In this document: in pieces, positions 1 through 9,166 of the stretch
Layout of the letters: the number at the start of each line of letters is the position of its first letter
How positions within the stretch are numbered: position 1 is the stretch's first letter
Origin: an uncultured Bifidobacteriaceae bacterium
GTDB lineage: Bacteria > Bacteroidota > Bacteroidia > Cytophagales > UBA9547
Assembly (NCBI GenBank): GCA_964572965.1
Contig: CAZNHL010000005.1
Coordinates: forward strand, 39,782 to 103,781
Direction: 5' to 3'
Length of the DNA: 64,000 nt
Notes under the pieces: generated by a model
Database searches by the model: none
The model's input: only the letters and a program-made list of their open reading frames with translations
What the model was told of the DNA's origin: nothing
Position numbers and translations under genes: made by a program

Positions 1-1711
1 TGATATTGCCTATTTCATAACGGTAAGTTCCTGCATGTTCGCCGTTAGATGATAATTCAGGAACAGTAGGGGCACGGAATGCACGGGAAACATTAGCGCG
101 TAAAAGGAGCTTTTCTGTTAAGTTATATACAGCGCCAAGACTTCCTGAGACATTTGAGTAAGTTGGGTCAAAGCCAGGGAACCGCTGTTCTACTGCATTT
201 TCAGGGGTTGTTTGGAATTTACCATTGGCATCAATCCAAAGCGGAGCAATGTGGAGAGTTCTGATGTCATAACGTACGCCTCCGCTTATAACCAATCGCC
301 TGATTTTCTTTTTCGCAAATGCAAATACACCATTGTCGAACAGTTTGAAGTCAGGGTAAAGCGTTTCGGCACCTTTGTTATGCATACTCTGGTACATACC
401 ATTAGTTCCTATAGTCACCTCCCAATGTTTGTATTCCGGCAATGTTAATCTGAAATCATAATAAAGGGTTTGTAAATAGAAATATAAGTCAGGTACGTCC
501 GGGGCCAATACGTTACCATACTCTTTTCTATGGTTTTGACTATAGCCGACATTGGCCATGAGTGATGATTTGCCTATCAGGAAAAGGTTGTTTGTAGAAA
601 TTTTATAATTGCTGAGGTTTTGAGAATTGGATGGGTTGATACTTCTTGTACTCAATTCATTGTCAGATACTGCTACATCCTGCACTGTATCGGCTACTGC
701 AATACTTTTGATAAAACGCCCATTGGCATCTCTTCTTCCGTCAATAATGTTGATGCGGTTATTCCATGAACAGAAGTAAAGCCGGGAGAAGCCCCACTTT
801 TTACTGATACCAACCATTCCGTTTACATTGAGGTCTTCCCGGAAATTGGAGCCATACACGCGGCCGTCATATTGGTTTCGGTAGTTATTCGCACTTTTTT
901 GGCTTGTACGCAGCATCCAGTTAACCCCTTTTTGTGTGCCGGCTGTCATGGCTGACCAGCCATACATATTGTTGTTGGTTTGGTAATTGCCTAAAACATT
1001 AGCGATGATTTTGCCTTCTTCAACAGGCCGTGCCGAGAGTAGTGACATCACCCCGCCAAGTCCATCTGAGCCATACATTAAACTACCCGCCCCACGAATG
1101 ATTTCATAACGGTCAATAGAATATTCGTCAACCTGGATAGCATGTTCTTCTCCCCACTGGTTGTCTTCCTGCCTGATCCCGTCATGCATGGTAATCACTC
1201 TGTTAAAACCCAAGCCTCTAATCACAGGCTTTGATAAACCTACCCCGGTTGTTACTTGTGACATACCAGGTAATTTAGATACTGCGTCAGTTAAGTTGGT
1301 AGAGCTGCTTTGAAGCCATTGGGTTTTCGAAAAAGTAGCAATAGGAATAGGGCTCTCCTTAACGATGGTTTTGGTTGAGCTGCCTGAAATGATTACTTCA
1401 TCCAAAGTCACAGCGTAGTTTTCAATTACAAAGTTTTTTATCGTATCACTACTAACATCAATCGTTTCTATAATTGTTTTATGTGAAGTGTATTTTACTT
1501 CTATAGTGTACTTACCGGTTGGGATATTTTTAATAGTGTATGTTCCGTCTACATCAGTTGAAGTGCCTATTCTTAGTTCAGGAATATAGATTGCGGCACC
1601 AATTACCTCCTCATTATTCTCAATATGGGTAATTTTTCCTTTTATAGTATGCTGGCTGTAAGCAAAATAAGGCAGAAGTGTGTAGATCAGTAATTGGTAA
1701 ATCAGGCGCAT
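1..1711 (-). CDS. TonB-dependent receptor (partial; C-terminus lies beyond the window start)
   Basis: Own translation of the minus strand from ATG 1711-1709. Signal MRLIYQLLIYTLLPYFAYSQ; CarboxypepD_reg-like segment (GKITHIENNEEVIGAAIYIPEL..GTYTIKNIPTGKYTIEV); plug motifs (PGMSQVTTGVGLSKPVIRGLGFNRV, DGIRQEDNQWGEEH). The frame is open to position 1, so it is absent from the ORF track. Confidence 0.85.
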   Translation of the reverse strand, partial: MRLIYQLLIYTLLPYFAYSQHTIKGKITHIENNEEVIGAAIYIPELRIGTSTDVDGTYTIKNIPTGKYTIEVKYTSHKTIIETIDVSSDTIKNFVIENYAVTLDEVIISGSSTKTIVKESPIPIATFSKTQWLQSSSTNLTDAVSKLPGMSQVTTGVGLSKPVIRGLGFNRVITMHDGIRQEDNQWGEEHAIQVDEYSIDRYEIIRGAGSLMYGSDGLGGVMSLLSARPVEEGKIIANVLGNYQTNNNMYGWSAMTAGTQKGVNWMLRTSQKSANNYRNQYDGRVYGSNFREDLNVNGMVGISKKWGFSRLYFCSWNNRINIIDGRRDANGRFIKSIAVADTVQDVAVSDNELSTRSINPSNSQNLSNYKISTNNLFLIGKSSLMANVGYSQNHRKEYGNVLAPDVPDLYFYLQTLYYDFRLTLPEYKHWEVTIGTNGMYQSMHNKGAETLYPDFKLFDNGVFAFAKKKIRRLVISGGVRYDIRTLHIAPLWIDANGKFQTTPENAVEQRFPGFDPTYSNVSGSLGAVYNLTEKLLLRANVSRAFRAPTVPELSSNGEHAGTYRYEIGNI

Positions 1712-1808
1712 GGATTAGTGTATTTATAAAAGTTATTTTGACAAATATATAATTATAAATAATATTAACATAAAAATATTTTTAGATTAGTCTAAAAATG
1801 TGGCTAAT

Positions 1809-1834
1809 AAAAAACCCACGAATTGACTCGTGGG
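1809..1834 (-). terminator. Rho-independent terminator of the 86-aa gene
   Basis: Hairpin cccacga/tcgtggg (1815-1821 / 1828-1834). The A-run 1809-1814 gives a T-run on the minus strand, 29 nt past the stop at 1863. Confidence 0.6.
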
Positions 1835-1862
1835 TGGGAGATGATCTGTATGTAAACTGCGC

Positions 1863-2123
1863 TTAGGCAGGTTCAGAGGTCTTCTTCTTTGGCTTTGCCG
1901 GAGCTGCTTTTGCTGCTTTTTTCGTTAATTTTGCAGTTTCTTTTTCTTCTTTCTGCACAAGCTTCTTCGTTACTTTTTTGAATTTGGAAGCAAGTTTGGC
2001 AGCAAAGTTCTCAACAGACTTCTTTACTTTTTTTCCTGCTTTTTCATCGTGGCCGTTCAACAGGCCGTGTAATTGCTCTGCAATCTGGTTGCGCAATTCG
2101 TCTTTAGAGATTTTCTTGCTCAT
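1863..2123 (-). CDS. Lys/Ala-rich histone H1-like nucleoid protein
   Basis: 86-aa ORF, strongly basic, with tail KKAAKAAPAKPKKK and no hydrophobic core. It has its own terminator. It resembles small proteins annotated as histone H1-like in Bacteroidota. Confidence 0.55.
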   Translation of the reverse strand: MSKKISKDELRNQIAEQLHGLLNGHDEKAGKKVKKSVENFAAKLASKFKKVTKKLVQKEEKETAKLTKKAAKAAPAKPKKKTSEPA

Positions 2124-2324
2124 AATCTTCAGCGTTTGTAGCTCAAAAATACGCTTAATAAGTGAACAAAAAGCGGCTTAACAAAAAGGTAATCTTTATT
2201 TAATATTAATTCTGAAATAGCACTTTAAAAACCTGATAAATCATTTTTTAAATAGATTAACATGAATAAATTTGCAACTCTTATTTTAGTGTACAGATTA
2301 CTAACATCATAAAACGTAATAAAA

Positions 2325-3263
2325 ATGGCAAAAGTAACCGTAGTAGGGGCTGGTAACGTAGGTGCAACTTGCGCTGATGTATTGGCTTACAGAGAAGTAG
2401 CGAATGAAATCGTTCTTCTTGATATTAAAGAAGGTTTTGCAGAAGGTAAAGCTTTGGATATTTCTCAAAAAGCTCCTATCGACTTGTATGATTCAAGAGT
2501 AGTAGGTGTTACCAACGATTATAGCAAAACTGCTAATTCTGATGTTGTAGTAATTACTTCAGGTTTGCCACGTAAACCGGGTATGACTCGTGACGATTTG
2601 ATCGCGATCAATGCCGGTATCGTTAAAACTGTTACAGAAAACGTTATCAAGCATTCTCCAAATGCAATCATCATTGTGGTTTCTAACCCATTGGATGTAA
2701 TGACTTACCAGGCGCACATCGCTTCTAAATTGCCAAGAACTAAAGTAATTGGTATGGCCGGTATTCTTGATACGGCACGTTACAGAGCATTTATCGCTGA
2801 AGAATTGAATGTGTCTCCAAAAGACGTTCAGGCTCAGTTGTTGGGTGGTCACGGTGATACAATGGTTCCATTGGCTCGTTACACAACTGTAGCTGGTATT
2901 CCGGTTACAGAATTGATCGATGCTGAAACATTGCAGTCTATTCTTGAAAGAACTAAGCGTGGTGGCGGTGAACTAGTGAAATTAATGGGTACTTCTGCCT
3001 GGTATGCACCAGGTTCTGCAGCTGCTCAGATGGTTGAAGCTATCGTAAAAGACCAGAAACGCGTATTCCCTGTTTGTATCAAACTGGAAGGTGAATTCGG
3101 TATCGACAATTGCTACTTAGGTGTGCCTGTAGTATTGGGTAAAGCTGGTGTTGAGAGAATTCTTGAAGTTTCATTGAATGCTGATGAATTGGCATTATTG
3201 AAGGCTTCTGAAGTAGCTGTTAAGTCTGTAATGTCTGTTTTGGACAAACAACCGGCTGCTTAA
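2325..3263 (+). CDS. mdh: Malate dehydrogenase (LDH-like family)
   Basis: 312 aa. Rossmann motif VTVVGAGNVGA; ITSGLPRKPGMTRDDL; catalytic GGHGDTMVP. A TAAATTTG -7-like box lies at 2267-2274. Confidence 0.95.
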   Translation: MAKVTVVGAGNVGATCADVLAYREVANEIVLLDIKEGFAEGKALDISQKAPIDLYDSRVVGVTNDYSKTANSDVVVITSGLPRKPGMTRDDLIAINAGIVKTVTENVIKHSPNAIIIVVSNPLDVMTYQAHIASKLPRTKVIGMAGILDTARYRAFIAEELNVSPKDVQAQLLGGHGDTMVPLARYTTVAGIPVTELIDAETLQSILERTKRGGGELVKLMGTSAWYAPGSAAAQMVEAIVKDQKRVFPVCIKLEGEFGIDNCYLGVPVVLGKAGVERILEVSLNADELALLKASEVAVKSVMSVLDKQPAA

Positions 3264-3308
3264 TCAGCGTTTGATTTATATTATTCACTTATTTAAAAGA
3301 ATAAAGAC

Positions 3309-3497
3309 ATGCCAAATAATTTCGGTATCCCACAAATAAGCAAATACATCAGCAATACAGATTTGTTTGATGGTAAGGCAGAAGTAGCTGAGAAATACGC
3401 AGCTGCAATCAAAGCTGGTAACTTGTCAAACATGGCTGGTTACGATTTGAGTACTTACAAAAGCAAAATGGCTAAAATTAAAGTACTTTCTAAGTAG
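3309..3497 (+). CDS. Small hypothetical protein (62 aa)
   Basis: The ORF follows mdh by 45 nt and is followed by a strong terminator. No recognisable domain. Confidence 0.4.
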   Translation: MPNNFGIPQISKYISNTDLFDGKAEVAEKYAAAIKAGNLSNMAGYDLSTYKSKMAKIKVLSK

Positions 3498-3525
3498 ATT
3501 TAATTGAAAAAATGTGTATTTTCAA

Positions 3526-3557
3526 TCAGCTAGGCTTCACGCTTAGCTGATTTTTTT
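3526..3557 (+). terminator. Rho-independent terminator (mdh unit)
   Basis: 10-bp stem tcagctaggc/gcttagctga with a 5-nt loop, followed by T7 (3551-3557). Confidence 0.75.
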
Positions 3558-3587
3558 ATGCAAAAATTTAACTTAATATTATTTGAT

Positions 3588-4190
3588 ATGAAAAAAGTAT
3601 TCGTTTTTGTTTTGGCTATTTTTATGAGCGTTGGTATTGCTTCGGCTCAAAAAGGTGGTGGTGATGCTTCTGATAAAACTTTTGGAGCAGGTCTGGTGGC
3701 GGGTATCCCTACAGGTGTAAATGCTAAGCTGAACCTGAATCAAAAGTTTGACCTTGAATTTATGGCAGGTTTAGCTCCAAACTTTGGAGGTAATTACGCG
3801 GCTTATAATAGTAACTACAGACGTAGAAAGGATTATGCCTATGATTATTATAGCGTAAGAAGAATGGGGACTTTTCTTGTTAACTTCCATTATCATCAAA
3901 AAATTAAGGCATTGCCTGAATTGATGTGGTATGCAGGTGGTGGTGTTCAGATGAATGTTGTTAATTATTATACGAATGACTATTGGCATAATGGTACTCA
4001 TTATCGTAACGACAATGTAACTGAAGTTAACTTAGGTTTGAATGTTAATGGAGGAGCAGAATACTTCTTTAAAGGTATTGGAGTGCCGTTGTCAGCATTT
4101 GCACAAGTTGGTGTATATGTAGAAATGGCTAATGATCCGGGATTGGCCTTTGTTGTGCCAAACGCAGGTGTGAGATACTGGTTCAAATAG
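3588..4190 (+). CDS. Small outer-membrane beta-barrel protein (OmpA-like/porin family)
   Basis: The ORF track gives 3558-4190. ATG 3588 gives the signal peptide MKKVFVFVLAIFMSVGIASAQ. Gly/aromatic alternating strands; C-terminal GVRYWFK. Confidence 0.6.
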   Translation: MKKVFVFVLAIFMSVGIASAQKGGGDASDKTFGAGLVAGIPTGVNAKLNLNQKFDLEFMAGLAPNFGGNYAAYNSNYRRRKDYAYDYYSVRRMGTFLVNFHYHQKIKALPELMWYAGGGVQMNVVNYYTNDYWHNGTHYRNDNVTEVNLGLNVNGGAEYFFKGIGVPLSAFAQVGVYVEMANDPGLAFVVPNAGVRYWFK

Positions 4191-4199
4191 TATATGATT

Positions 4200-4235
4200 T
4201 ACTGCAGAGACGTTGAATGCAACCTCTCTGCAGTA
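4200..4235 (+). terminator. Hairpin after the barrel gene
   Basis: Stem tactgcagaga/tctctgcagta with a 14-nt loop. The downstream T tract is weak (atcatttt). Confidence 0.4.
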
Positions 4236-4273
4236 ATCATTTTGATCCTATTCATTTGGGGATTAGCTTTGCA

Positions 4274-4651
4274 ATGATGAATCTGACGAAACAAATAGCT
4301 TTACTAAGTATGATTACCTTATTGGTAGTTCATATTTTTAGTACTGCATTAGTTTCTGCCCATTATCAGATTAATAAGGATTTTATAGCAAAAAACCTTT
4401 GCGAGAATCGCACAAAGCCCAAGATGAATTGTAATGGCAAATGCCATTTGAAAAAAACAATGAAACGCCTGGATGGCGAAAAAACAGAAAGCAAATCGAT
4501 ACAATTAAGTATCTCAGAGTATATTGATACGCCGGCACTACACATTCAGGCCGGTTTTGTTTCGTTCAGAGAAAAGGATTATCAGGAAGATAATTTGCAT
4601 ACACTATTCTCCGGATTTACAGTTTCCATATTCAGGCCTCCACTGGTTTAA
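4274..4651 (+). CDS. Single-pass membrane protein with C-x9-C-x3-C-H motif (copy 1)
   Basis: The ORF track gives 4217-4651; I prefer ATG 4274/4277 (MMNLTKQIALL). One TM helix, then LCENRTKPKMNCNGKCHL, ending FRPPLV. A paralogue lies at 5873-6247. Confidence 0.6.
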   Translation: MMNLTKQIALLSMITLLVVHIFSTALVSAHYQINKDFIAKNLCENRTKPKMNCNGKCHLKKTMKRLDGEKTESKSIQLSISEYIDTPALHIQAGFVSFREKDYQEDNLHTLFSGFTVSIFRPPLV

Positions 4652-4749
4652 GCTCTTTCCTGTTTACTATTGCAACCTTTGGTTGTAGTATATTTGTTAT
4701 ACCAATCTGAGATTGGTCATTCCTTATTGTATTTACTAAAATTGAAAGA

Positions 4750-5841
4750 ATGAAGAATAATGCATTAGCGTTTATTGTATTCATTTGTTTAGGCATGCTT
4801 GTGTGTCTGGGAGGTTGCGGGCAGCAGTATGATAGTCCGAATCCGCTTTCCGGTTCTCCGCTCATTGATGCTCCGGCATACTTCGGTACTTATAAAGTGC
4901 CTGAAGATAATCAGACTACTGAAGCAGGTGTAGAGCTGGGCAGGATGCTTTTTTACGAAAAAATGCTTTCTGCTGATAATACGCTTTCATGTGCCAGTTG
5001 TCATAAACAGGAACATGCCTTTTCTGATGAACGCACGTTTAGTATAGGTGTCGATGGAAAGCCTGGTAAACGCCAGTCAATGTCATTGGCTAACCTGGTT
5101 TGGCAAACACAGTTTTTTTGGGATGGACGTGTTTCTACTTTAGAAAAGCAGGCTTTATTCCCTATTCAGGATTCCTTGGAAATGCATCAGCCTCTCGATA
5201 AGATGGTGGGTAAGTTACAGGCTTCTGCAAATTATCCTGTAAAGTTTATGAATGCATTCGGTACTGATCAGATTACAGCAGAACTTGTAGCCAAAGCATT
5301 GGCTCAGTTTGAACGAACACTGGTGTCTTCAAATTCCCGTTATGATAAATTCATCAGAAAGGAATATGTGTTAAGTGCTCAGGAAAGAAATGGAATGGTG
5401 TTGTTTCAGACCCATCCAACACCTGAAAATGGTTTGAGAGGCGGTAATTGTGGCGATTGTCACGGGGGGGGGTATCTGACATTTCTGAATGGTTTTCACA
5501 ATAATGGACTGGATGCGTCACCAAGTGATCCTGGTTTGGGTGGATTCACTAAGGCGGCATTCGATAACGGAAAATTTAAAGTGCCAACGCTTCGGAATAT
5601 TGCCATGACTGCTCCTTATATGCATGATGGCAGATTTAATTCTTTGGAAGAAGTGCTTGATCATTATAATGAACATGTTCAGAACAGTGCTACGCTGGAT
5701 CCGAATATGAGTGCCAGTAATAAAGTAAATGGTAAAAGTCTGGGGCTTACGGCTCAGGAAAAAGCAGATATTATTGCATTCCTGAAAACATTAAGCGATA
5801 GTACTTTTATCCAAAATCCGAAGTTTGCTTCACCGTTTTGA
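4750..5841 (+). CDS. Di-haem cytochrome c peroxidase / MauG-family lipoprotein
   Basis: 363 aa. Lipobox LVCLGGCGQQ; haem c sites CASCH and CGDCH; PTLRNIAMTAPYMHDGRF motif. Confidence 0.85.
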   Translation: MKNNALAFIVFICLGMLVCLGGCGQQYDSPNPLSGSPLIDAPAYFGTYKVPEDNQTTEAGVELGRMLFYEKMLSADNTLSCASCHKQEHAFSDERTFSIGVDGKPGKRQSMSLANLVWQTQFFWDGRVSTLEKQALFPIQDSLEMHQPLDKMVGKLQASANYPVKFMNAFGTDQITAELVAKALAQFERTLVSSNSRYDKFIRKEYVLSAQERNGMVLFQTHPTPENGLRGGNCGDCHGGGYLTFLNGFHNNGLDASPSDPGLGGFTKAAFDNGKFKVPTLRNIAMTAPYMHDGRFNSLEEVLDHYNEHVQNSATLDPNMSASNKVNGKSLGLTAQEKADIIAFLKTLSDSTFIQNPKFASPF

Positions 5842-5872
5842 TACTACTCATTTCAGAATTAGCTTTGTAATA

Positions 5873-6247
5873 ATGAATTTAACGAAACAAATAGCACTAT
5901 TATGTATGATCGCCTTGCTGGTGGTTCATATCTTTAGTATTGCTTTGGTTTCTGTTCATTATCAGATCAATAAAGATTTTATTGTCAGGGAACTCTGCGA
6001 AAATCGTGACAAGCCAACGCTGAACTGTAAGGGTAAATGTCATTTAAAAAAGACATTGAAACGTTTGGGAGCAGATAAAACAGAGAGCAGGCCAATAGAA
6101 CTAAGTGTCTCTGAATATATAGGTAATATTGCGCTTGAGGTGAAGCCGGTTGTTTTGTCTGTTATTGTTATGAATTATCCTGTTGATACTTTCCCTCAGT
6201 CGTTGGCAGGTTTTACCTCTTCGGTTTTCCGGCCACCCCTCGTTTAG
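5873..6247 (+). CDS. Single-pass membrane protein with C-x9-C-x3-C-H motif (copy 2)
   Basis: The ORF track gives 5825 (TTG)-6247; ATG 5873 gives MNLTKQIALL. It carries LCENRDKPTLNCKGKCHL and ends FRPPLV. The leader DNA is also similar to copy 1. Confidence 0.6.
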   Translation: MNLTKQIALLCMIALLVVHIFSIALVSVHYQINKDFIVRELCENRDKPTLNCKGKCHLKKTLKRLGADKTESRPIELSVSEYIGNIALEVKPVVLSVIVMNYPVDTFPQSLAGFTSSVFRPPLV

Positions 6248-6349
6248 TCATTCCTTATAAGTTGCTTACTATTATTACAATTGTTTGTAGTAATAGCGTA
6301 TGCCGGTAACCTATCGGTTGGATTGATCTTATTATTTAAATTGATAAAA

Positions 6350-7147
6350 ATGAAAAATATTTTATTTGCAGTTATTGCATTGGTTATTTCTTTAGGTACA
6401 GTTTCTTGTGTAAAGTATAAAGACCAGGATCCCGCTCCTGGGGTTGGTCAGTTAAACTTTGGTTTTACATCTGCTATTAATGGTGGTGATTTTGATTTGA
6501 ATACTTACTATCCGATCAATAATGGAGCAGATAGTATTACGGCTTCGACTTTTAAATTCTTTGTTACAAATGTGCAGTTGAGAAAGAAATCGGATGGTAC
6601 TTACTTCAATATTCCTAATAGTTATTATCTGTTTGATCAGGCAAATGAAGACCCTGCTGCAAGGGTAGCACATTACAATACTTTTCATATTCCGAATGTA
6701 GTAGCCGGGGAGTATGATCAGATCCGTTTCCTTGTCGGTTTAGATTCTGCAACCAATTTTGCAACAGTTGTTCCGGATATTGATGCTTTAAACAGAAACA
6801 ATAATATATACTGGAGCTGGAGCAGTGGTTATAAGTTTTTGATGTTTGAAGGTAAAAGCAAGCAAAAAAGCGGATCGACAGAATTGTCTCAGGTTTTCCA
6901 TGCCGGATCTGATTCAAATAAGAAATGGATAACGTTTGATCTACCAACTACATCTGTTATCAGTAATGGAGGCTCAAGTACTATTAAAGTGGTGGCTAAT
7001 GTGGAGAAAGTTTTTACCGGTACTACCAATTTTGATATGAGGGCTCAGAACAATGTAATGATGGGGACCGGTGCGGCCAATCTCGCAAATAATTATGCAT
7101 CAATGTTTACATTGACGAGCGTAACCAATGAAGTCCCTGCTAATTAA
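6350..7147 (+). CDS. MbnP-like lipoprotein (putative)
   Basis: The ORF track gives 6281-7147. ATG 6350 gives the lipoprotein signal MKNILFAVIALVISLGTVSC. Beta-rich, with motif IYWSWSSGYKFLMFEG. It sits 3 nt upstream of a di-haem peroxidase. The family call is from memory and needs an HMM check. Confidence 0.5.
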   Translation: MKNILFAVIALVISLGTVSCVKYKDQDPAPGVGQLNFGFTSAINGGDFDLNTYYPINNGADSITASTFKFFVTNVQLRKKSDGTYFNIPNSYYLFDQANEDPAARVAHYNTFHIPNVVAGEYDQIRFLVGLDSATNFATVVPDIDALNRNNNIYWSWSSGYKFLMFEGKSKQKSGSTELSQVFHAGSDSNKKWITFDLPTTSVISNGGSSTIKVVANVEKVFTGTTNFDMRAQNNVMMGTGAANLANNYASMFTLTSVTNEVPAN

Positions 7148-7150
7148 GGC

Positions 7151-8173
7151 ATGAAGTTCAAAAAGGTAGTAAGTATTGGTTTACTTTTATTTGGTGCCTT
7201 TTCTTGTCATCCAAGAGAAGAGGAGGTTGCTGTTTATAGTATTGAGCAACCTCCTCATTTCCCTAAACCTATTATTCCGGAAGCTAATCCAATGCGTGCT
7301 GAAGTAGTCGATCTCGGTAAAAAACTGTTTTTCGATACGCAGCTTTCATCAGACAACTCTATTTCATGTGCTTCCTGTCATATGCCGGAAAATGCTTTTT
7401 CAGATAAAGGAAAAGCATTCAGTTTGGGAGTGACCGGACAAAACGGGCACAGAAACAGCTCTGCGTTATTTAACAAAGCCTGGGAGAAAGCTTTGTTTTG
7501 GGATGGTGGGGCGAATAGTCTGGAAAACCAGGCACTGGCACCAATTACTGACCATCTGGAAATGAACATGGATTTAGCATTACTTGAAAAGCAGTTGACG
7601 GCTGATGCAGCATATCAAAAGCTTTTCAAAAGTGTTTTCGGAAAAAATGAGGTAAAAGAACGTGAAATTACCATGGCGCTTGCACAGTATCAGCGCACAC
7701 TGGTATCGGCAGGGTCAAGGTATGACAAGTATTTATTGGGTAAAACAGCGCTAACTGCAGAAGAACTGGCAGGTGAAAAGCTTGTTGAGTTGAAATGTGC
7801 CTCATGCCATTCCGGAGTATTATTTACTGATCAGCAGTATTATAATATCGGACTGGATGCGGAGTTGCCTGATTACCCTGAACTTGATGACCCTAATTGG
7901 GGAAGAGCACGCATTACTTTAGACTATGTCAATGATAAAGCAAAATATAGAACGCCGACGCTTAGAAATCTGGCCTTTACTGCTCCTTATATGCACGATG
8001 GCCGTTTTGCAACTTTGAATGAAGTGCTTGATTTCTTTGTGTCAGGAGTTAAAAAGTCGCCTACATTGACACCTGTCTTAGGTAATGGCATAGTGCTTTC
8101 CCAGATCGAAAAGGATCAGATAATCCTTTTTTTGAATACTTTGAATGACTACGATTTCGTGAGTAAGAAATAA
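7151..8173 (+). CDS. Di-haem cytochrome c peroxidase / MbnH-MauG-like lipoprotein
   Basis: 340 aa. Lipobox GAFSC; two CASCH haem sites; PTLRNLAFTAPYMHDGRF. Confidence 0.85.
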   Translation: MKFKKVVSIGLLLFGAFSCHPREEEVAVYSIEQPPHFPKPIIPEANPMRAEVVDLGKKLFFDTQLSSDNSISCASCHMPENAFSDKGKAFSLGVTGQNGHRNSSALFNKAWEKALFWDGGANSLENQALAPITDHLEMNMDLALLEKQLTADAAYQKLFKSVFGKNEVKEREITMALAQYQRTLVSAGSRYDKYLLGKTALTAEELAGEKLVELKCASCHSGVLFTDQQYYNIGLDAELPDYPELDDPNWGRARITLDYVNDKAKYRTPTLRNLAFTAPYMHDGRFATLNEVLDFFVSGVKKSPTLTPVLGNGIVLSQIEKDQIILFLNTLNDYDFVSKK

Positions 8174-9162
8174 TGAAAAAATTGATTCTGGGGCTCTTGT
8201 TGCTGACTTCACTGCAGACCCTGGCCTGTGATGTATGTAATGTATATGAGTACGCCAATCGCAATAACAAATCATATATAGGTGCTTTTTACCGTTATCG
8301 CCTTTTTAATGGTTACTCACAATTGGGTAATGATCATAATTTTTCTCTGCAGCCGCAGAATAATACTGCGCGGATAATGCATGACCCCGAGAGTTATGGT
8401 TTATATGTAGACCGCACACCGAAGGATTATGAGCGTTATCAGACTATGGAGATCCGCGGCAACTGGGCTATCAGAGAGAAATGGAACCTGACGGTTTTTA
8501 TTCCTTTTGTTTCTAATGAGATATACTTTGCCAAAGTTTATAAAACTCCCTATCCTGTTTCTGACAGTATTATGCGTATGTCTGGCCTGAGCGATATAAT
8601 TGTAGGCGGTGAATATGTACATACTATTGAAAAGGGAGATTTTAAGCACTTTCTAAAACCCGGAGTAATGTTGAAATTGCCAACGGGTAAGTCAAATGGC
8701 AGAAGTCCGAATGGAGAACAATACCAATATGAATTGCAGCCGGGTACATCGTCCTGGGACTTTATTTTGCGCGGAGCCTATACCGTTACTTACAAGAATA
8801 AACTTGGTCTTGAAAATTACCTGAGCTATAAATTGACCACGCGAGGTACGAATGATCACCTTCTTGGAAATCGTTTTAACTGGATGGGGAATGTCTTTGG
8901 CGTAATAGAAGCCAAGGAAGATGTGTTGCGTTTGATTCCTAAAGTCGGTGTTTACTTTGAACAGGCACGTGCAGATTATCAGGGTATGACCGAAGTGTCC
9001 GGTTCGGGAGGATATTCTTGGTTTTATAACCTCGGATTAGATGTAAGCATTAAAGCATTTACTGTACAGTTTATGTATCAGCGGATAATGAATGAGCGAT
9101 TAAATGGCAATGTTATGGGCAATGCCGGACGTTTACAAACAGGAGTTATCTTCAATTTTTAA
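8173..9162 (+). CDS. Outer-membrane beta-barrel protein with N-terminal CDVC
   Basis: 329 aa. Signal peptide, then mature start CDVCNVYEY. Alternating strand pattern; C-terminal TGVIFNF. TAATG overlap with the preceding stop. Confidence 0.55.
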   Translation: MKKLILGLLLLTSLQTLACDVCNVYEYANRNNKSYIGAFYRYRLFNGYSQLGNDHNFSLQPQNNTARIMHDPESYGLYVDRTPKDYERYQTMEIRGNWAIREKWNLTVFIPFVSNEIYFAKVYKTPYPVSDSIMRMSGLSDIIVGGEYVHTIEKGDFKHFLKPGVMLKLPTGKSNGRSPNGEQYQYELQPGTSSWDFILRGAYTVTYKNKLGLENYLSYKLTTRGTNDHLLGNRFNWMGNVFGVIEAKEDVLRLIPKVGVYFEQARADYQGMTEVSGSGGYSWFYNLGLDVSIKAFTVQFMYQRIMNERLNGNVMGNAGRLQTGVIFNF

Positions 9163-9166
9163 TTTA

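Noticed and set aside
212-448. 78-aa plus-strand ORF near the window start.
   Set aside because: It lies inside the minus-strand TonB-dependent receptor coding region.
1-1711. The TonB-dependent receptor as the MbnT-like partner of the MbnPH-like cluster.
   Set aside because: It is on the opposite strand and separated by a nucleoid-protein gene, mdh and other unrelated units with their own terminators. No linkage is supported.
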